Shown here: positions 17,130-27,315 of the stretch, piece after piece | Layout: the number at the start of each line of letters is the position of its first letter | How positions within the stretch are numbered: position 1 is the first letter of the stretch | Source: an uncultured Gammaproteobacteria bacterium | GTDB lineage: Bacteria > Patescibacteriota > Patescibacteriia > UBA11705 > JABHMO01 | DNA length: 64,000 bases | Assembly (NCBI GenBank): GCA_964590105.1 | Contig: CAZPYM010000001.1 | Location: 236,746 to 300,745 of the forward strand | Reading direction: 5' to 3' | Position numbers and translations under genes: made by a program | The notes under the pieces: generated by a model | What the model was told of the DNA's origin: nothing | What the model saw: only the letters and a program-made list of their open reading frames with translations | Databases searched by the model: none

Positions 17130-17285
17130 ATGGCCCAGGATAACATGATTAAATTTCAGTGTGCAGACTGCAGGGAAATCAATTACAATTCAAGACGGAA
17201 CAAGAAAACTGTCAAGCAAAAACTTGAATTGAAAAAATACTGTAAAAAGTGCAGAAAGCACACCAAACACAAAGAAATTAAGTAA
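17130..17285 (+). CDS. rpmG: 50S ribosomal protein L33 (Zn-binding CxxC form), not in ORF track
   Basis: MAQDNMIKFQCADCREINYNSRRNKKTVKQKLELKKYCKKCRKHTKHKEIK. Confidence 0.95.
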   Translation: MAQDNMIKFQCADCREINYNSRRNKKTVKQKLELKKYCKKCRKHTKHKEIK

Positions 17286-17313
17286 AAATCAATAAATTTT
17301 ATAAATGATTTTT

Positions 17314-17339
17314 AAATCCGCTAAAAGGCGGATTTTTTT
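17314..17339 (+). terminator. Intrinsic terminator after rpmG
   Basis: AAATCCGC-TAAAAG-GCGGATTT + T-tract. Confidence 0.75.
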
Positions 17340-17429
17340 GTTAAAATAGCGGTATTGACATCCTTAATATAATTTGTTACTATCAAACCACGTTTTAGGC
17401 GCATGTCAAACAACCAAGGAGGAGGCAGC

Positions 17430-17702
17430 ATGCAATTGTTTATTGTGCCGCGGGATGAGAATCCCGCAATCATCAGGGAGCCGAGCAAGGCGCTTCGTCA
17501 GTTAAGTCAGATCGCAAGCGATGACAATGTGATCGTCATCAGCGGCAAGGTCCGGAGAGTGCCAACATTCTTCGTCGACAGAGAGAAGAAGGCAGTCAAT
17601 GCCAGATTCCTGCGAAGATACGGCCTGCGTTGGAGCGAGCGCCTCGGGCGCTGGGCCCAGAATGGCGACAATGGCCTCGGCCGGGTGATCATCGAAGTAT
17701 AA
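17430..17702 (+). CDS. Small basic hypothetical protein
   Basis: Own promoter TTGACA-17-TACTAT (17355-17383), SD GGAGGAGG, downstream hairpin and T-tract. Confidence 0.6.
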   Translation: MQLFIVPRDENPAIIREPSKALRQLSQIASDDNVIVISGKVRRVPTFFVDREKKAVNARFLRRYGLRWSERLGRWAQNGDNGLGRVIIEV

Positions 17703-17796
17703 TTTGATTTTTTTCAGAAAGCCTGGCTCCGTGAGCCGGCTTTTTTCTTGAAAAAAACACTTGCTTGGGCTATTATTGAACTGGAACTATTGAGAA

Positions 17797-19485
17797 ATGA
17801 AAAAAAGTTGTATGAACTGGTTAATAAAAAATAAAGTAACAATCTGCCTGCTTCTGCTCGGAACAGTTTTTTTTGTTATTTACTCGTGGTTTTTCTTTAG
17901 CACCACAATTGATACTGTTTCTTCATCAGGGCAACACTATATTTTCAGTTGGCCTGATGCAATGTCCAATAATTTTTTTATTCATGAATATATTGAAAAA
18001 AATAATTTTTACAAAAGCGAGGCACTCAATTTACAGCTTGGAAATATAATTCATCCTCGAAGTACAAATGTCGCAGCCGGCGGCAAAATTGTGCCCATGA
18101 GTTTTCTTGGTATGCTGATTATTTACGGCTGGATCGGCAAGTTTATTGGAAAATTTTTTGTAATGTTTCTGACTCCTTTTCTGGCTGCGGCCGGCGCGGT
18201 ATTCTTTTTCGGATTAGTAAAAAGAATTTTTAATCAAACTGTTGCTTTTATAAGCTCAATACTATTGTTTACTTTGGCTTCATATTGGTATTACGCGAAT
18301 TTGGTAATGCTGCCGACAATATTATTCGTTTTTTTGGTGATTTGCGGTATGTATTTTTTTGTTCGGCAAACTGAACCAGATGAAAAATGGCGGCGCGCAG
18401 TTTTTTCAGGAGCCAGTGGTCTTCTGCTGGGTCTCGCCGCGATTACTAGATCCACTGAAGTGTTTTGGCTGGCGGCGCTCATTGTAATTCCCCTGATTTA
18501 TTACTGGCGTCGAGTAAAATTTTATCAGGTGATTATTTTTTTAATTTGTCTATTGATCCCGTTGGCAATTCTTTTGTATTACAATCAACAGATTTACGGC
18601 AATTACTTTACCGTTGGTTATTTAAAAATCAATGAAAGTCGCGGAATGCTTAATCGATTGCCGGATGAATTGGCAGTAAATAAAGGCTCACAACTGTTTG
18701 CTTACGCCAAACTATTAATTGCTCCTTTTGGGTTCAATAAATTGAGCGTTTGGCTGAACGTGAAAAAATATTTTATTGATTTTTCGTGGCCGTATTTTTT
18801 GCTGTTTGCGATTGGCGCCGCTGCTTGGGTCAATAAAGCGCGCCAAAAATTGGCGCAGCGGCAATTGGTATATGTGATTTGTTCAATCGTAGCGGGAACA
18901 TGGCTGATTGTATATTACGGCAGTTGGGAATTTACCGACGAATTGGTTTTGCGCAACAACACGATTGGCAGTTCATATACCAGATACTGGCTACCTTTGA
19001 CCATTTTAATCCTGCCAATGATTGGATACTTATTTGACCAACTGTTGAAATTCAAAGAATACAAAAAAATATTTATATCTGCAATTGTTTTTTTTATTCT
19101 TGGGCTAAGTGTTTTTTCTTTTAATCAAGTTTATCAAACTGTCGGCGACGGACTTTTTGATCAGCAAAAAGTTATTGGCAAATATCAAGAACAGGCTAGC
19201 GGGGTGGCAAGGCTGATAGAACCGGACGCAATTGTAATCAATGACCGGGCTGATAAGATTTTTTTTCCTAATTATCGGGTGGTAATGTTTAATCTTGATT
19301 ATTCTATCTTTGAAAAAATTAAGCCCGTTGTCGGGCAGGTGCCAATATATTATTTTACGGAACGGCCGGAAATCGATATCAATTACATTAATGAAAAGAA
19401 AATAAATTCATTGAATCTCAGGCTGGATAATCCACAGACGATTGACCCGCAATTTCAATTGTATAAATTAAGCCAAATAAAATAA
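17797..19485 (+). CDS. GT-C fold (ArnT/PMT-like) multi-pass membrane glycosyltransferase
   Basis: About 12 TM segments, WPD in first loop, YTRYWLP motif. Confidence 0.6.
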   Translation: MKKSCMNWLIKNKVTICLLLLGTVFFVIYSWFFFSTTIDTVSSSGQHYIFSWPDAMSNNFFIHEYIEKNNFYKSEALNLQLGNIIHPRSTNVAAGGKIVPMSFLGMLIIYGWIGKFIGKFFVMFLTPFLAAAGAVFFFGLVKRIFNQTVAFISSILLFTLASYWYYANLVMLPTILFVFLVICGMYFFVRQTEPDEKWRRAVFSGASGLLLGLAAITRSTEVFWLAALIVIPLIYYWRRVKFYQVIIFLICLLIPLAILLYYNQQIYGNYFTVGYLKINESRGMLNRLPDELAVNKGSQLFAYAKLLIAPFGFNKLSVWLNVKKYFIDFSWPYFLLFAIGAAAWVNKARQKLAQRQLVYVICSIVAGTWLIVYYGSWEFTDELVLRNNTIGSSYTRYWLPLTILILPMIGYLFDQLLKFKEYKKIFISAIVFFILGLSVFSFNQVYQTVGDGLFDQQKVIGKYQEQASGVARLIEPDAIVINDRADKIFFPNYRVVMFNLDYSIFEKIKPVVGQVPIYYFTERPEIDINYINEKKINSLNLRLDNPQTIDPQFQLYKLSQIK

Positions 19486-19633
19486 TATCTTTGCCAAGTA
19501 AAAGGTCATGATGAGCTTGCAAAATTATCAAAAATTAGGTAAAATATAATAGATAATTTATATAATTATTTAAAAGGGAACACAATGCGCCAATGATTGC
19601 GCATAATTGTTTCTAATTTTGATTTAAAAAAAT

Positions 19634-20638
19634 ATGGAGCAACGAAAAAATGTGTTGGTTTTAGGCGGCGCCGGTTTTCTCGGCGCGCATCTATGCGAAC
19701 GATTATTACAGGACTCAAATGTGATCTGTGTTGACAATTTTTCATCCAGTAGTGAGAACAACATTAATCATTTATTGCGAGCGTCAAATTTTAAATTTGT
19801 TCGGACAGATATCTCAGAACCGATTGACTTGGAAAGCAACAAGGACCTGGCCGCTTTTCAATTAAATGTTTTCGGCATTAAAGAAATTTACAACATGGCC
19901 TGTCCCATGTCAGTAAAGAATTTTGAAAAATTCAAAAAACAAACTATTTTGGCAAATACAACCGGGTTGATTAACTCACTCGAGTTGGCAGTAAAATATC
20001 AAGCTAAATTTTTGCAGGCCTCCTCGTCTGTTGTTTACGGACAAACCGAAAAAGATTCCTTTGTCAAAGAAGATTATCGCGGGATAAACGATATGCTTGA
20101 TCCCCGAGCTTGTTATGATCAGGGCAAGCGCTATGCGGAAACAATTGTGCAGGTTTATCGCGAAGTGCACAAAATTGATACCAGAATTGTGCGCATTTTC
20201 AGAACCTATGGACCCCGAATGTTGCTTGATGACGGTCAGATGATTCCTGATTTTATTTTAAACGCATTGGAAGACAAGGATCTGACAGTTTACGGTACCA
20301 AGGAATTTCGGACTTCGCTCTGTTATGTCAGCGATGTTATTGAAGCGTGCATCAATGTTATGAATGCGCCAATTGTTGACCCGGTCAATGTAGGCAGTTC
20401 AGATGTATACAAGTTGACGGACGTGATAGATAAAATAATCGAGCTAACAGGTTCCAAATCAAAAGTAAAATTTGAAAAAGAAAAATTATTCATGCGCGAA
20501 CTGGCTTTGCCTGACATAACTAAAATTCGTGAAGCAATCGGTTGGATCCCGGTAATTACACTTGAAGACGGACTCCGAAAAACAATTGACTTTACAAAAG
20601 CCCACAAAGATTTGCTCAATTTTTCAACTGATTTTTAA
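19634..20638 (+). CDS. UDP-glucuronate decarboxylase-like NAD-dependent epimerase/dehydratase
   Basis: GGAGFLG, NMACP, ASSSVVYG, CYDQGKR, RIFRTYGPRM. Confidence 0.85.
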   Translation: MEQRKNVLVLGGAGFLGAHLCERLLQDSNVICVDNFSSSSENNINHLLRASNFKFVRTDISEPIDLESNKDLAAFQLNVFGIKEIYNMACPMSVKNFEKFKKQTILANTTGLINSLELAVKYQAKFLQASSSVVYGQTEKDSFVKEDYRGINDMLDPRACYDQGKRYAETIVQVYREVHKIDTRIVRIFRTYGPRMLLDDGQMIPDFILNALEDKDLTVYGTKEFRTSLCYVSDVIEACINVMNAPIVDPVNVGSSDVYKLTDVIDKIIELTGSKSKVKFEKEKLFMRELALPDITKIREAIGWIPVITLEDGLRKTIDFTKAHKDLLNFSTDF

Positions 20639-20655
20639 TATTTATTTGAGACTCT

Positions 20656-21321
20656 ATGCGGGTATGCGCTGTCGTTCCAGTATATAATGAAGAAGAAACC
20701 ATCCATCGAGTGCTGACAGAACTGTTGGCAGCTGGTTTTCATGTGGTGGTTGCCGATGACTGTTCACAAGATAAGACAGCTGATATCGCTCGCCGATTGC
20801 CGGTTCATTATCTAAGGCATTGGATCAATTTGGGGCAGGGAGCGGCTCTTCGGAGCGGCACACAGCTAGCCGAACGATTGGGATATGAAATAATAATGCA
20901 TTTTGACGCCGACGGACAACATCGGACTATCGACGCAAAGCTGGTTGTTCGGAAATTAATTGAAGAAAATTTAGAGGTTGTAATCGGTTCAAGGTTTTTG
21001 CAAACAAAATCTGAACTGCCATTGAAAAAAAAGATTGTGCTTTGGCTGGCCGGCATATTTACCAGGAAGATTCTTAAGCTCAATTTTTCTGATCCTCAGA
21101 GCGGCCTCAGAGCATTTAGAACCGATGTTCTTGATAAACTAATGTGGGAGAATGATGACTTTTCACATTGCACTGAGATTCTGGAACAAATATCAGCCAA
21201 TCGTCTAAAGTGCAAAGAAATTGGCATTAAAGTTGAATACAGCAATTACAGCGGATCAAAAAAGGTCAAACCGCAAATACGTATGGGCTGGCGATTGCTA
21301 TTAAATAAGTTATTAAAATAA
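20656..21321 (+). CDS. GT2 polyprenol-phosphate glycosyltransferase
   Basis: VPVYNEE, DDCS, NLGQG, FDADGQH, DPQSGLR. Confidence 0.9.
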   Translation: MRVCAVVPVYNEEETIHRVLTELLAAGFHVVVADDCSQDKTADIARRLPVHYLRHWINLGQGAALRSGTQLAERLGYEIIMHFDADGQHRTIDAKLVVRKLIEENLEVVIGSRFLQTKSELPLKKKIVLWLAGIFTRKILKLNFSDPQSGLRAFRTDVLDKLMWENDDFSHCTEILEQISANRLKCKEIGIKVEYSNYSGSKKVKPQIRMGWRLLLNKLLK

Positions 21322-21322
21322 T

Positions 21323-21697
21323 ATGACCATTTTCCAGATCATAATTTTAATTTTCATTATTATTGTGATTTTGAAATCAGCCAGGCGGGCGGCGAAAAAA
21401 GAAATTTCATTCTGGCTATTCGCGCTCTGGACAATTTTTTGGATTTTGGTGGCGGTGGTGGATTTATTCCCGGTGATTATTAACAAATTGGCAGACTTGC
21501 TCAAGGTTGGCAGGGGAGTCGATCTAATGATCTACCTGGCGCTCTTTGTTTTATTTTATCTTGTTTTTCGCCTGACATTAAATATAAACAAAACAAACAA
21601 GAATTTGTCGGAAATTGTCAGAAAAATCGCACTTGACCGAGCGGAGATCGAGCCAACCTGTGCAGATGAAATTGAAATATCATTGACTGACGATTAA
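21323..21697 (+). CDS. DUF2304-like membrane protein
   Basis: 3 TM, GRGVDL motif, coupled to a DPM-like GT2. Confidence 0.75.
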   Translation: MTIFQIIILIFIIIVILKSARRAAKKEISFWLFALWTIFWILVAVVDLFPVIINKLADLLKVGRGVDLMIYLALFVLFYLVFRLTLNINKTNKNLSEIVRKIALDRAEIEPTCADEIEISLTDD

Positions 21698-21704
21698 AGA
21701 TCCT

Positions 21705-22772
21705 ATGGAAAAAGTCGCGATTATCCTAGTGAATTACAAAGATTACGCTAATCGTTTTTTGGCAGAATGCCGAGATTCATTGCGCCTGCAAGATTATCCT
21801 GGCGATAAATTTAAAATTTTCATTGTTGATAATGCCAGCAGTAAAGGTTCCTTGGAATATCTAAATACAGCCTATCCTGAAGCGGAAATAATCGCCCGTC
21901 CGGATGGAAATTATTCAGCGGCAAATAATGCTGGAATCAAAAGAGCCACTGAACAAGGCTTTAAGTTGTTCGTTATTGCAAATATGGACACCAAATTTGA
22001 TCATTACTGGCTCCGGGAATTGGTCAAAGCTGTGAATACGGGTGAGCAAGTCGGCATTGCTCAATCAAAAATACTTTTGTACCCAAAAAACAAAGAAGAA
22101 TGGAATAATCCGCTAATAAATTCAAGCGGTAACATAATGCATTTTCTCGGATTTGGTTTTACTTCTGATTATGGAAAAAAAGATTATGCCATAAATTCGC
22201 GCCTGATTAGCGGCTATGCCAGCGGCTGTTCATTGATTATAAAAAAACAGGTACTTGACAAGACAGGTGGCTATGATGAAGAATACTATATGTACCACGA
22301 TGATATTGAGCTTTGCTGGCGGGCAAAGTTGGCTGGCTATAAGATTGCTCTCGCACCTGATTCTAGGGTGTTTCACAAGTATGAGTTTAGCCGGAGCATC
22401 CTGATGTTCTATTATATGGAGAGAAACCGCTATCTGGCAATGTTCAGTTATTATAAATTTTTAACAATATTGATTATTCTGCCAATGATATTAGCTATGG
22501 ATCTTGGTATTCTGGCTTATTCAGCGGTTAATGGAAATATAAAAGCTAAATTAAAGGTTTATTTGTATTTTTTGAAAAGGAAAACCTGGCAACATGTTTT
22601 TCAAGTCAGGAAAAAGGTGCGGAAATTCCGTATTGTCAGGGATAAAGAAATAATTCAGTATTATTCCGGATCGGTGCGATTCCAGGAAATTGATAATTTG
22701 TTATTAAAATATATAGGCAACCCGCTTTGCGAAATATACTGGCGGATGGTGAAAAAAATAATACTCTGGTAA
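21705..22772 (+). CDS. GT2 glycosyltransferase
   Basis: VDNAS, NMD, YMYHDDIELCWR, YYMERNR. Confidence 0.88.
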   Translation: MEKVAIILVNYKDYANRFLAECRDSLRLQDYPGDKFKIFIVDNASSKGSLEYLNTAYPEAEIIARPDGNYSAANNAGIKRATEQGFKLFVIANMDTKFDHYWLRELVKAVNTGEQVGIAQSKILLYPKNKEEWNNPLINSSGNIMHFLGFGFTSDYGKKDYAINSRLISGYASGCSLIIKKQVLDKTGGYDEEYYMYHDDIELCWRAKLAGYKIALAPDSRVFHKYEFSRSILMFYYMERNRYLAMFSYYKFLTILIILPMILAMDLGILAYSAVNGNIKAKLKVYLYFLKRKTWQHVFQVRKKVRKFRIVRDKEIIQYYSGSVRFQEIDNLLLKYIGNPLCEIYWRMVKKIILW

Positions 22773-22777
22773 TCATT

Positions 22778-23350
22778 ATGTTTAAAAAAATTATAATTAT
22801 AGTCGCTGCAATCATCATATTGCTGATGATTGGCCTGGTAAAATTTTGGTATCCTGATTCTCAGATGCAGCTGAGAAGGGCTTTCCAATATGTTTCGGCT
22901 ATGCCAATCGAACATTTTTATAATACTACGGAGAAGCGGTGCGGGATTTGGTATGAAAGATATTCCGGCGACACCCTGGTGGAAAGTGCGAAAAAGAACA
23001 ATAAAATTAAAGATTGTTTTCAAAAAGCCTTTCAATCTTGCGAGCCTAAAAACATTCTTTTAGTAAAAGAATCAAGTGAAGCAACTGAAAAAAATATAAT
23101 CTATACGCTCATAAGGACAATAAAAGCCAATGACGCGGGAGAATGTATTATTCAAACATATCAGGATGAATATTTTACTAATCCAGTGTTGCAGGATGAA
23201 TTACCGATTAGCTATATTAATACTTGTACAGTGTTGAATAATGATTTTATAAGCAGTTGCGAACCGCTCTATGCCAAAGAAAGAAAAACAAAGTATTTAG
23301 AAATGGAAACACAGGCAGACTCCGGCGCGACAGAAAACATAACAGAGTAA
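22778..23350 (+). CDS. Membrane-anchored hypothetical protein with 6 Cys
   Basis: N-terminal TM from ATG 22778; sits in the operon. Confidence 0.65.
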   Translation: MFKKIIIIVAAIIILLMIGLVKFWYPDSQMQLRRAFQYVSAMPIEHFYNTTEKRCGIWYERYSGDTLVESAKKNNKIKDCFQKAFQSCEPKNILLVKESSEATEKNIIYTLIRTIKANDAGECIIQTYQDEYFTNPVLQDELPISYINTCTVLNNDFISSCEPLYAKERKTKYLEMETQADSGATENITE

Positions 23351-23354
23351 CTTC

Positions 23355-24506
23355 ATGAAAAAAAATATAAAAATCGCCCAATTGGTTTGCATTTTGCCTC
23401 CGCTAGCCGGAGGCATTGGCATGGTAGCGCATTCTTACGCCGATCAATTGACCAGGCGTAATTATGATGTGACAGTTTTTACGCCAAAGCAAAAGACTGA
23501 CATGCGGGCGGACAAATCATATAAAGTTATTGCGCTTTGGCCCTGGCTGAAAATCGGGCTTGGCGCGATAATGCCTCAGCTGTTGTGGCGGCTGTGGCGC
23601 TATGACATTGTACATTTTCATTATCCTCTTTTTGGTAGCGCTCTGATTGTCGCTTTGCTGAAAAAAATTCGAGGCAATAAAATAAAATTGATTGTTTCTT
23701 ATCATATGGACGTAAATCTGGAAGGCTGGCGCCGGCTCTATGAGGTCGTTTGTCGTAATCTGTTTCTTGGTTTTATACTGAATAAAGCGGATAAAATAAT
23801 AGTTTCTTCTGAAGATTATATAGAAAATTCAAATATTCAGCATTATTATTTTCAGCACATCAACAAGTTTATTGAGCTGCCGTTTGGTGTTTCTAGGGCT
23901 TTTGCGCCTGCCCCAAAAGACAACAGTTTGTTGCAAAAGCACGGTCTGATGCCGAACGACAAAATCGTCATGTTTGTCGGCGGGCTTGGAGCAGCGCATT
24001 ATTTTAAAGGAATTAATTTTTTGATTAAAGCTATCTCACTTATTGAAGATAAAAAAATTAAAGCTCTTATTGTCGGCGGCGGCGGCCTGTTGCAGCATTA
24101 TAAAAAAATTGCGCTAAAATTTGGTGTTCCCGAACGAGTCAAATTTACCGACTATGTTCCAAAGGAATTGCTTATTAAATACTACAACCTGGCGGATGTG
24201 TTTATCTTGCCTTCAATTAACAATTCAGAAGCTTTTGGCATTGTCTTGCTCGAGGCCATGGCCTGCGGCAAGCCGGTAATCGCTTCAAATCTAAAAGGCG
24301 TGCGCAGTGTGGTGGATCCCGGCGTCAATGGATTATTAGTTGAACCAAAGAACAGCCTAGATATTGCTGAAAAAATAAAATATCTATTTGAACATCCTGA
24401 AAAAATGCAGCTTTTCAGCCAGCATTGTCTTGATTCTGTTGCCGCTAAATATCGCTGGGCTGTTATTACCGATAAACTTGAGAGTGTTTACAATAAACTT
24501 TTCTAA
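23355..24506 (+). CDS. GT4 glycosyltransferase
   Basis: EAFGIVLLEAMACGKP. Confidence 0.9.
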   Translation: MKKNIKIAQLVCILPPLAGGIGMVAHSYADQLTRRNYDVTVFTPKQKTDMRADKSYKVIALWPWLKIGLGAIMPQLLWRLWRYDIVHFHYPLFGSALIVALLKKIRGNKIKLIVSYHMDVNLEGWRRLYEVVCRNLFLGFILNKADKIIVSSEDYIENSNIQHYYFQHINKFIELPFGVSRAFAPAPKDNSLLQKHGLMPNDKIVMFVGGLGAAHYFKGINFLIKAISLIEDKKIKALIVGGGGLLQHYKKIALKFGVPERVKFTDYVPKELLIKYYNLADVFILPSINNSEAFGIVLLEAMACGKPVIASNLKGVRSVVDPGVNGLLVEPKNSLDIAEKIKYLFEHPEKMQLFSQHCLDSVAAKYRWAVITDKLESVYNKLF

Positions 24507-24509
24507 AAA

Positions 24510-25703
24510 ATGAAGATTTGTTTAATTACAAATTTATATCCGCCTTTTGCCCGAGGTGGCGCGGAAGAGGTGGTGAGAATCACGGTTGGCGGCTTGATTA
24601 GCGCTGGTCATGATGTTGTGGTTATTTCCACCAAGCCCGGATTCGGTCTCAGTGTTGAACAATCTCAAAAACTCAAAGTATATAGATTCAGACCGCTGAA
24701 TCTTTTTTATTATCTAAATGATCATAAACATAATATTGTTGTCCGTTTAATATGGCATTTTTTGGATATGTTCAATTTATCTAGCGCACTTACGGTAAGA
24801 AAAATTTTAATTAATGAAAAACCGGATTTGGTAATCACTCACAATTTAATGGGACTTGGATTTTTGATTCCCAATGCAATTTTTGCCTGCGGGATAAAGC
24901 ATATCCATGTACTCCATGATGTCCAGCTAGCCGTGCCGTCCGGATTGATTTTGAAGGGTAAAGAAAATGATTTCTCGGCAGACAGCTTTCTCACAAAGTT
25001 ATACGCGAGATTTTGCCGCAATCTTTTTATTAAAGTTCAGGCAGTAATCTCGCCGTCGCAATGGCTTTTGAATTTTCATAGTCAAAAAGATTTTTTTCCA
25101 AAAGCAAAAAAATTGATTATCCCGAATCCAACATCCCTGAATCCGGCGAGCAGACAGAAAGACGTAAGAACAAATAAATATTTATTCATAGGGCAATTGG
25201 AAAAACACAAAGGAATTGAGTGGGTGCTAAATATTTGGCGAAAAAATTATATCAAAGACGAGCTTTTTATAGTGGGTGACGGGACAATGGAACTTGACGC
25301 AAGTGATATAAATGCGCAAATAATTGGCAAAGCGCAGGGAGAGGAAGTGAACAAAATATTTGCTCAAGCTGACTTTTTGATTGTGCCCAGCCTTTGTTAT
25401 GAAAATTCACCGACTGTTATTCCGCTAGCCTACAAAAACGCTACGCCGGTAATTGTCGCAGACATTGGCGGGGCGGCGGAACTGATTTATGAAGGCCGTA
25501 CAGGATTTAAATTCGAAGCTGGCAATGAGCAGTCTTTTTTACTGGCGCTTGAAAAAGCCAAGGTCTTGCCACTGACCGAATATACGGCGATGTCTAAAAA
25601 TTGTTTGGAGGAAACCAAGGAATTTAGCGTTGAAAAATATATTTCCGAAATAATAATTTTATCGAATAATCTTAAAGCCGTCCAGTATGCAGGGATTGAT
25701 TGA
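24510..25703 (+). CDS. GT4 glycosyltransferase
   Basis: GGAE, GQLEKHKG, PSLCYENSP. Confidence 0.88.
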   Translation: MKICLITNLYPPFARGGAEEVVRITVGGLISAGHDVVVISTKPGFGLSVEQSQKLKVYRFRPLNLFYYLNDHKHNIVVRLIWHFLDMFNLSSALTVRKILINEKPDLVITHNLMGLGFLIPNAIFACGIKHIHVLHDVQLAVPSGLILKGKENDFSADSFLTKLYARFCRNLFIKVQAVISPSQWLLNFHSQKDFFPKAKKLIIPNPTSLNPASRQKDVRTNKYLFIGQLEKHKGIEWVLNIWRKNYIKDELFIVGDGTMELDASDINAQIIGKAQGEEVNKIFAQADFLIVPSLCYENSPTVIPLAYKNATPVIVADIGGAAELIYEGRTGFKFEAGNEQSFLLALEKAKVLPLTEYTAMSKNCLEETKEFSVEKYISEIIILSNNLKAVQYAGID

Positions 25704-26298
25704 ATTAATAATTTCATTGGGATATTTGCATTCTGAAAATATTATTGAAGCTTTCAAAAAAATAAAGCGCGATGATTTTATTTCAGGATTGGAAAAAGAA
25801 TATGCCAAAGAAAATCGCCCCTTATCAATCGGCTATGGCCAGACTATTTCTCAGCCAATGACTGTTGCTTTCATGCTGGAGAAACTCCAGCCTCGTCCGA
25901 ACGATCATATTCTTGACATCGGTTCAGGGTCGGGCTGGCAAACGGCTTTATTATGTGAACTAGTCGGTGAGAAGGGAAAGGTTTATGCTATTGAAATTAT
26001 CTCCGAATTAAAAAAGTTCGGCCAGCACAATGTACAAAAGTATAAGTACTCTAATGCAAAGTTTTACTGTCGTGATGGGGCATCCGGTTTAAAAAACAAA
26101 GCGCCATTTGACAGAATAATCGCCGCAGCCTCAGCTGAACAAATTCCCATGCCTTGGCTGGAACAATTAAAAATTGGCGGGCGGCTAGTTTGCCCGATAA
26201 AGGAAAGTATTTGGCAAATTGATAAGATTAGCGAAAATCAATTTGATAAAAAAGAGTTCACGGGTTTTGTTTTTGTGCCGTTGGTCAACAAAAAATAA
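25687..26298 (+). CDS. pcm: Protein-L-isoaspartate O-methyltransferase
   Basis: IGYGQTISQP, LDIGSGSGW, APFDRI, FVFVPL. Confidence 0.93.
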   Translation: MQGLIELIISLGYLHSENIIEAFKKIKRDDFISGLEKEYAKENRPLSIGYGQTISQPMTVAFMLEKLQPRPNDHILDIGSGSGWQTALLCELVGEKGKVYAIEIISELKKFGQHNVQKYKYSNAKFYCRDGASGLKNKAPFDRIIAAASAEQIPMPWLEQLKIGGRLVCPIKESIWQIDKISENQFDKKEFTGFVFVPLVNKK

Positions 26299-26322
26299 AA
26301 ATTACAAACTAAAATTAGTTTT

Positions 26323-26775
26323 ATGACTCTGAAAAAATATAAAAACAAACGAAACTTTCTAAAAACCAATGAACCAAAAGCAAAGATTAAAAAAGCGACA
26401 AACAAAAATCTGATTTATGTGATTCAAAAGCATAGCGCTAGTCATTTGCATTATGATTTGAGGTTAGAAAATGCTGGAGTGCTATGGAGCTGGGCAGTGC
26501 CAAAACAGCCTTCGGACTCCGGCTTAAAGCGCTTGGCTGTGCGGGTTGAAGATCATCCGGTTGACTATGCTTCATTTGAAGGTGAAATCCCTGAAGGAGA
26601 ATACGGCGCCGGCACAGTTAAAATCTGGGACAAAGGAACCTGGCTTCCGCAAAGCGTTGAGAAGGATAAAATAGTTTTTGAATTGAATGGAAAAAAACTA
26701 AAAGGAAATTTTGTTTTGGTTCAATTAAAAAATCAGCCGAAAAATTGGCTGTTTTTTAAGTTATCAAAAAAATAA
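26323..26775 (+). CDS. Stand-alone LigD 3'-phosphoesterase domain protein
   Basis: QKHSASHLHYDLRLE, SWAVPK, RLAVRVEDHP, GEYGAG. Confidence 0.92.
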   Translation: MTLKKYKNKRNFLKTNEPKAKIKKATNKNLIYVIQKHSASHLHYDLRLENAGVLWSWAVPKQPSDSGLKRLAVRVEDHPVDYASFEGEIPEGEYGAGTVKIWDKGTWLPQSVEKDKIVFELNGKKLKGNFVLVQLKNQPKNWLFFKLSKK

Positions 26776-26777
26776 TT

Positions 26778-26851
26778 TGGCAGGGGCGGAGGGAATCGAA
26801 CCCCCGCTAGAGGTTTTGGAGACCCCTGTACTACCACTATACTACGCCCCC
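26778..26851 (-). tRNA. tRNA-Trp(CCA)
   Basis: Reverse strand: GGGGGCG/CGCCCCT, anticodon loop CTCCAAA, G73, encoded CCA. Confidence 0.95.
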
Positions 26852-26954
26852 GAATGTGATATTAACTCTTAAAAAAGTGTATCATAAATTATTCCAGATA
26901 TCAATATAAATAATAAAGATGCGTTTTGAGCGCATCTTTTGTTAAAATGTTTAT

Positions 26955-27179
26955 CTAGAATCCTTCGCCGGCAATGTTGACGGCGTGCATTAACACAATG
27001 CTTTTGCCGTTAGCCGCGGTTTGGCGGCAGATTTTCCGCCAATCTGAAGGCGAGTTTATATAAGTTTTGCATTTCGTGCATTCGGCGCCCTGGCACTTTG
27101 CCGCCAGGATCCCCGTGCAATCAGCCTGCGGACAAACTTGTCCAATGAGAGATGTTATAGTTGCCTTATTTTCCGGCAT
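26955..27179 (-). CDS. Small Cys-rich (zinc-ribbon-like) hypothetical protein
   Basis: CPQADC...CTKC; SD AGGAGG; terminator hairpin at 26915-26940. Confidence 0.6.
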   Translation of the reverse strand: MPENKATITSLIGQVCPQADCTGILAAKCQGAECTKCKTYINSPSDWRKICRQTAANGKSIVLMHAVNIAGEGF

Positions 27180-27315
27180 GTGAACCTCCTGTTTATTTGG
27201 ACTCCTATTATATTTTAATTCAATAACCTATGTTTAGCAATGTGGATAAGCGCATTTGTATGTTGCTATATACTAATAATAAAAAAAACGAACCACGTAA
27301 GGTTCGTTAGTAATG

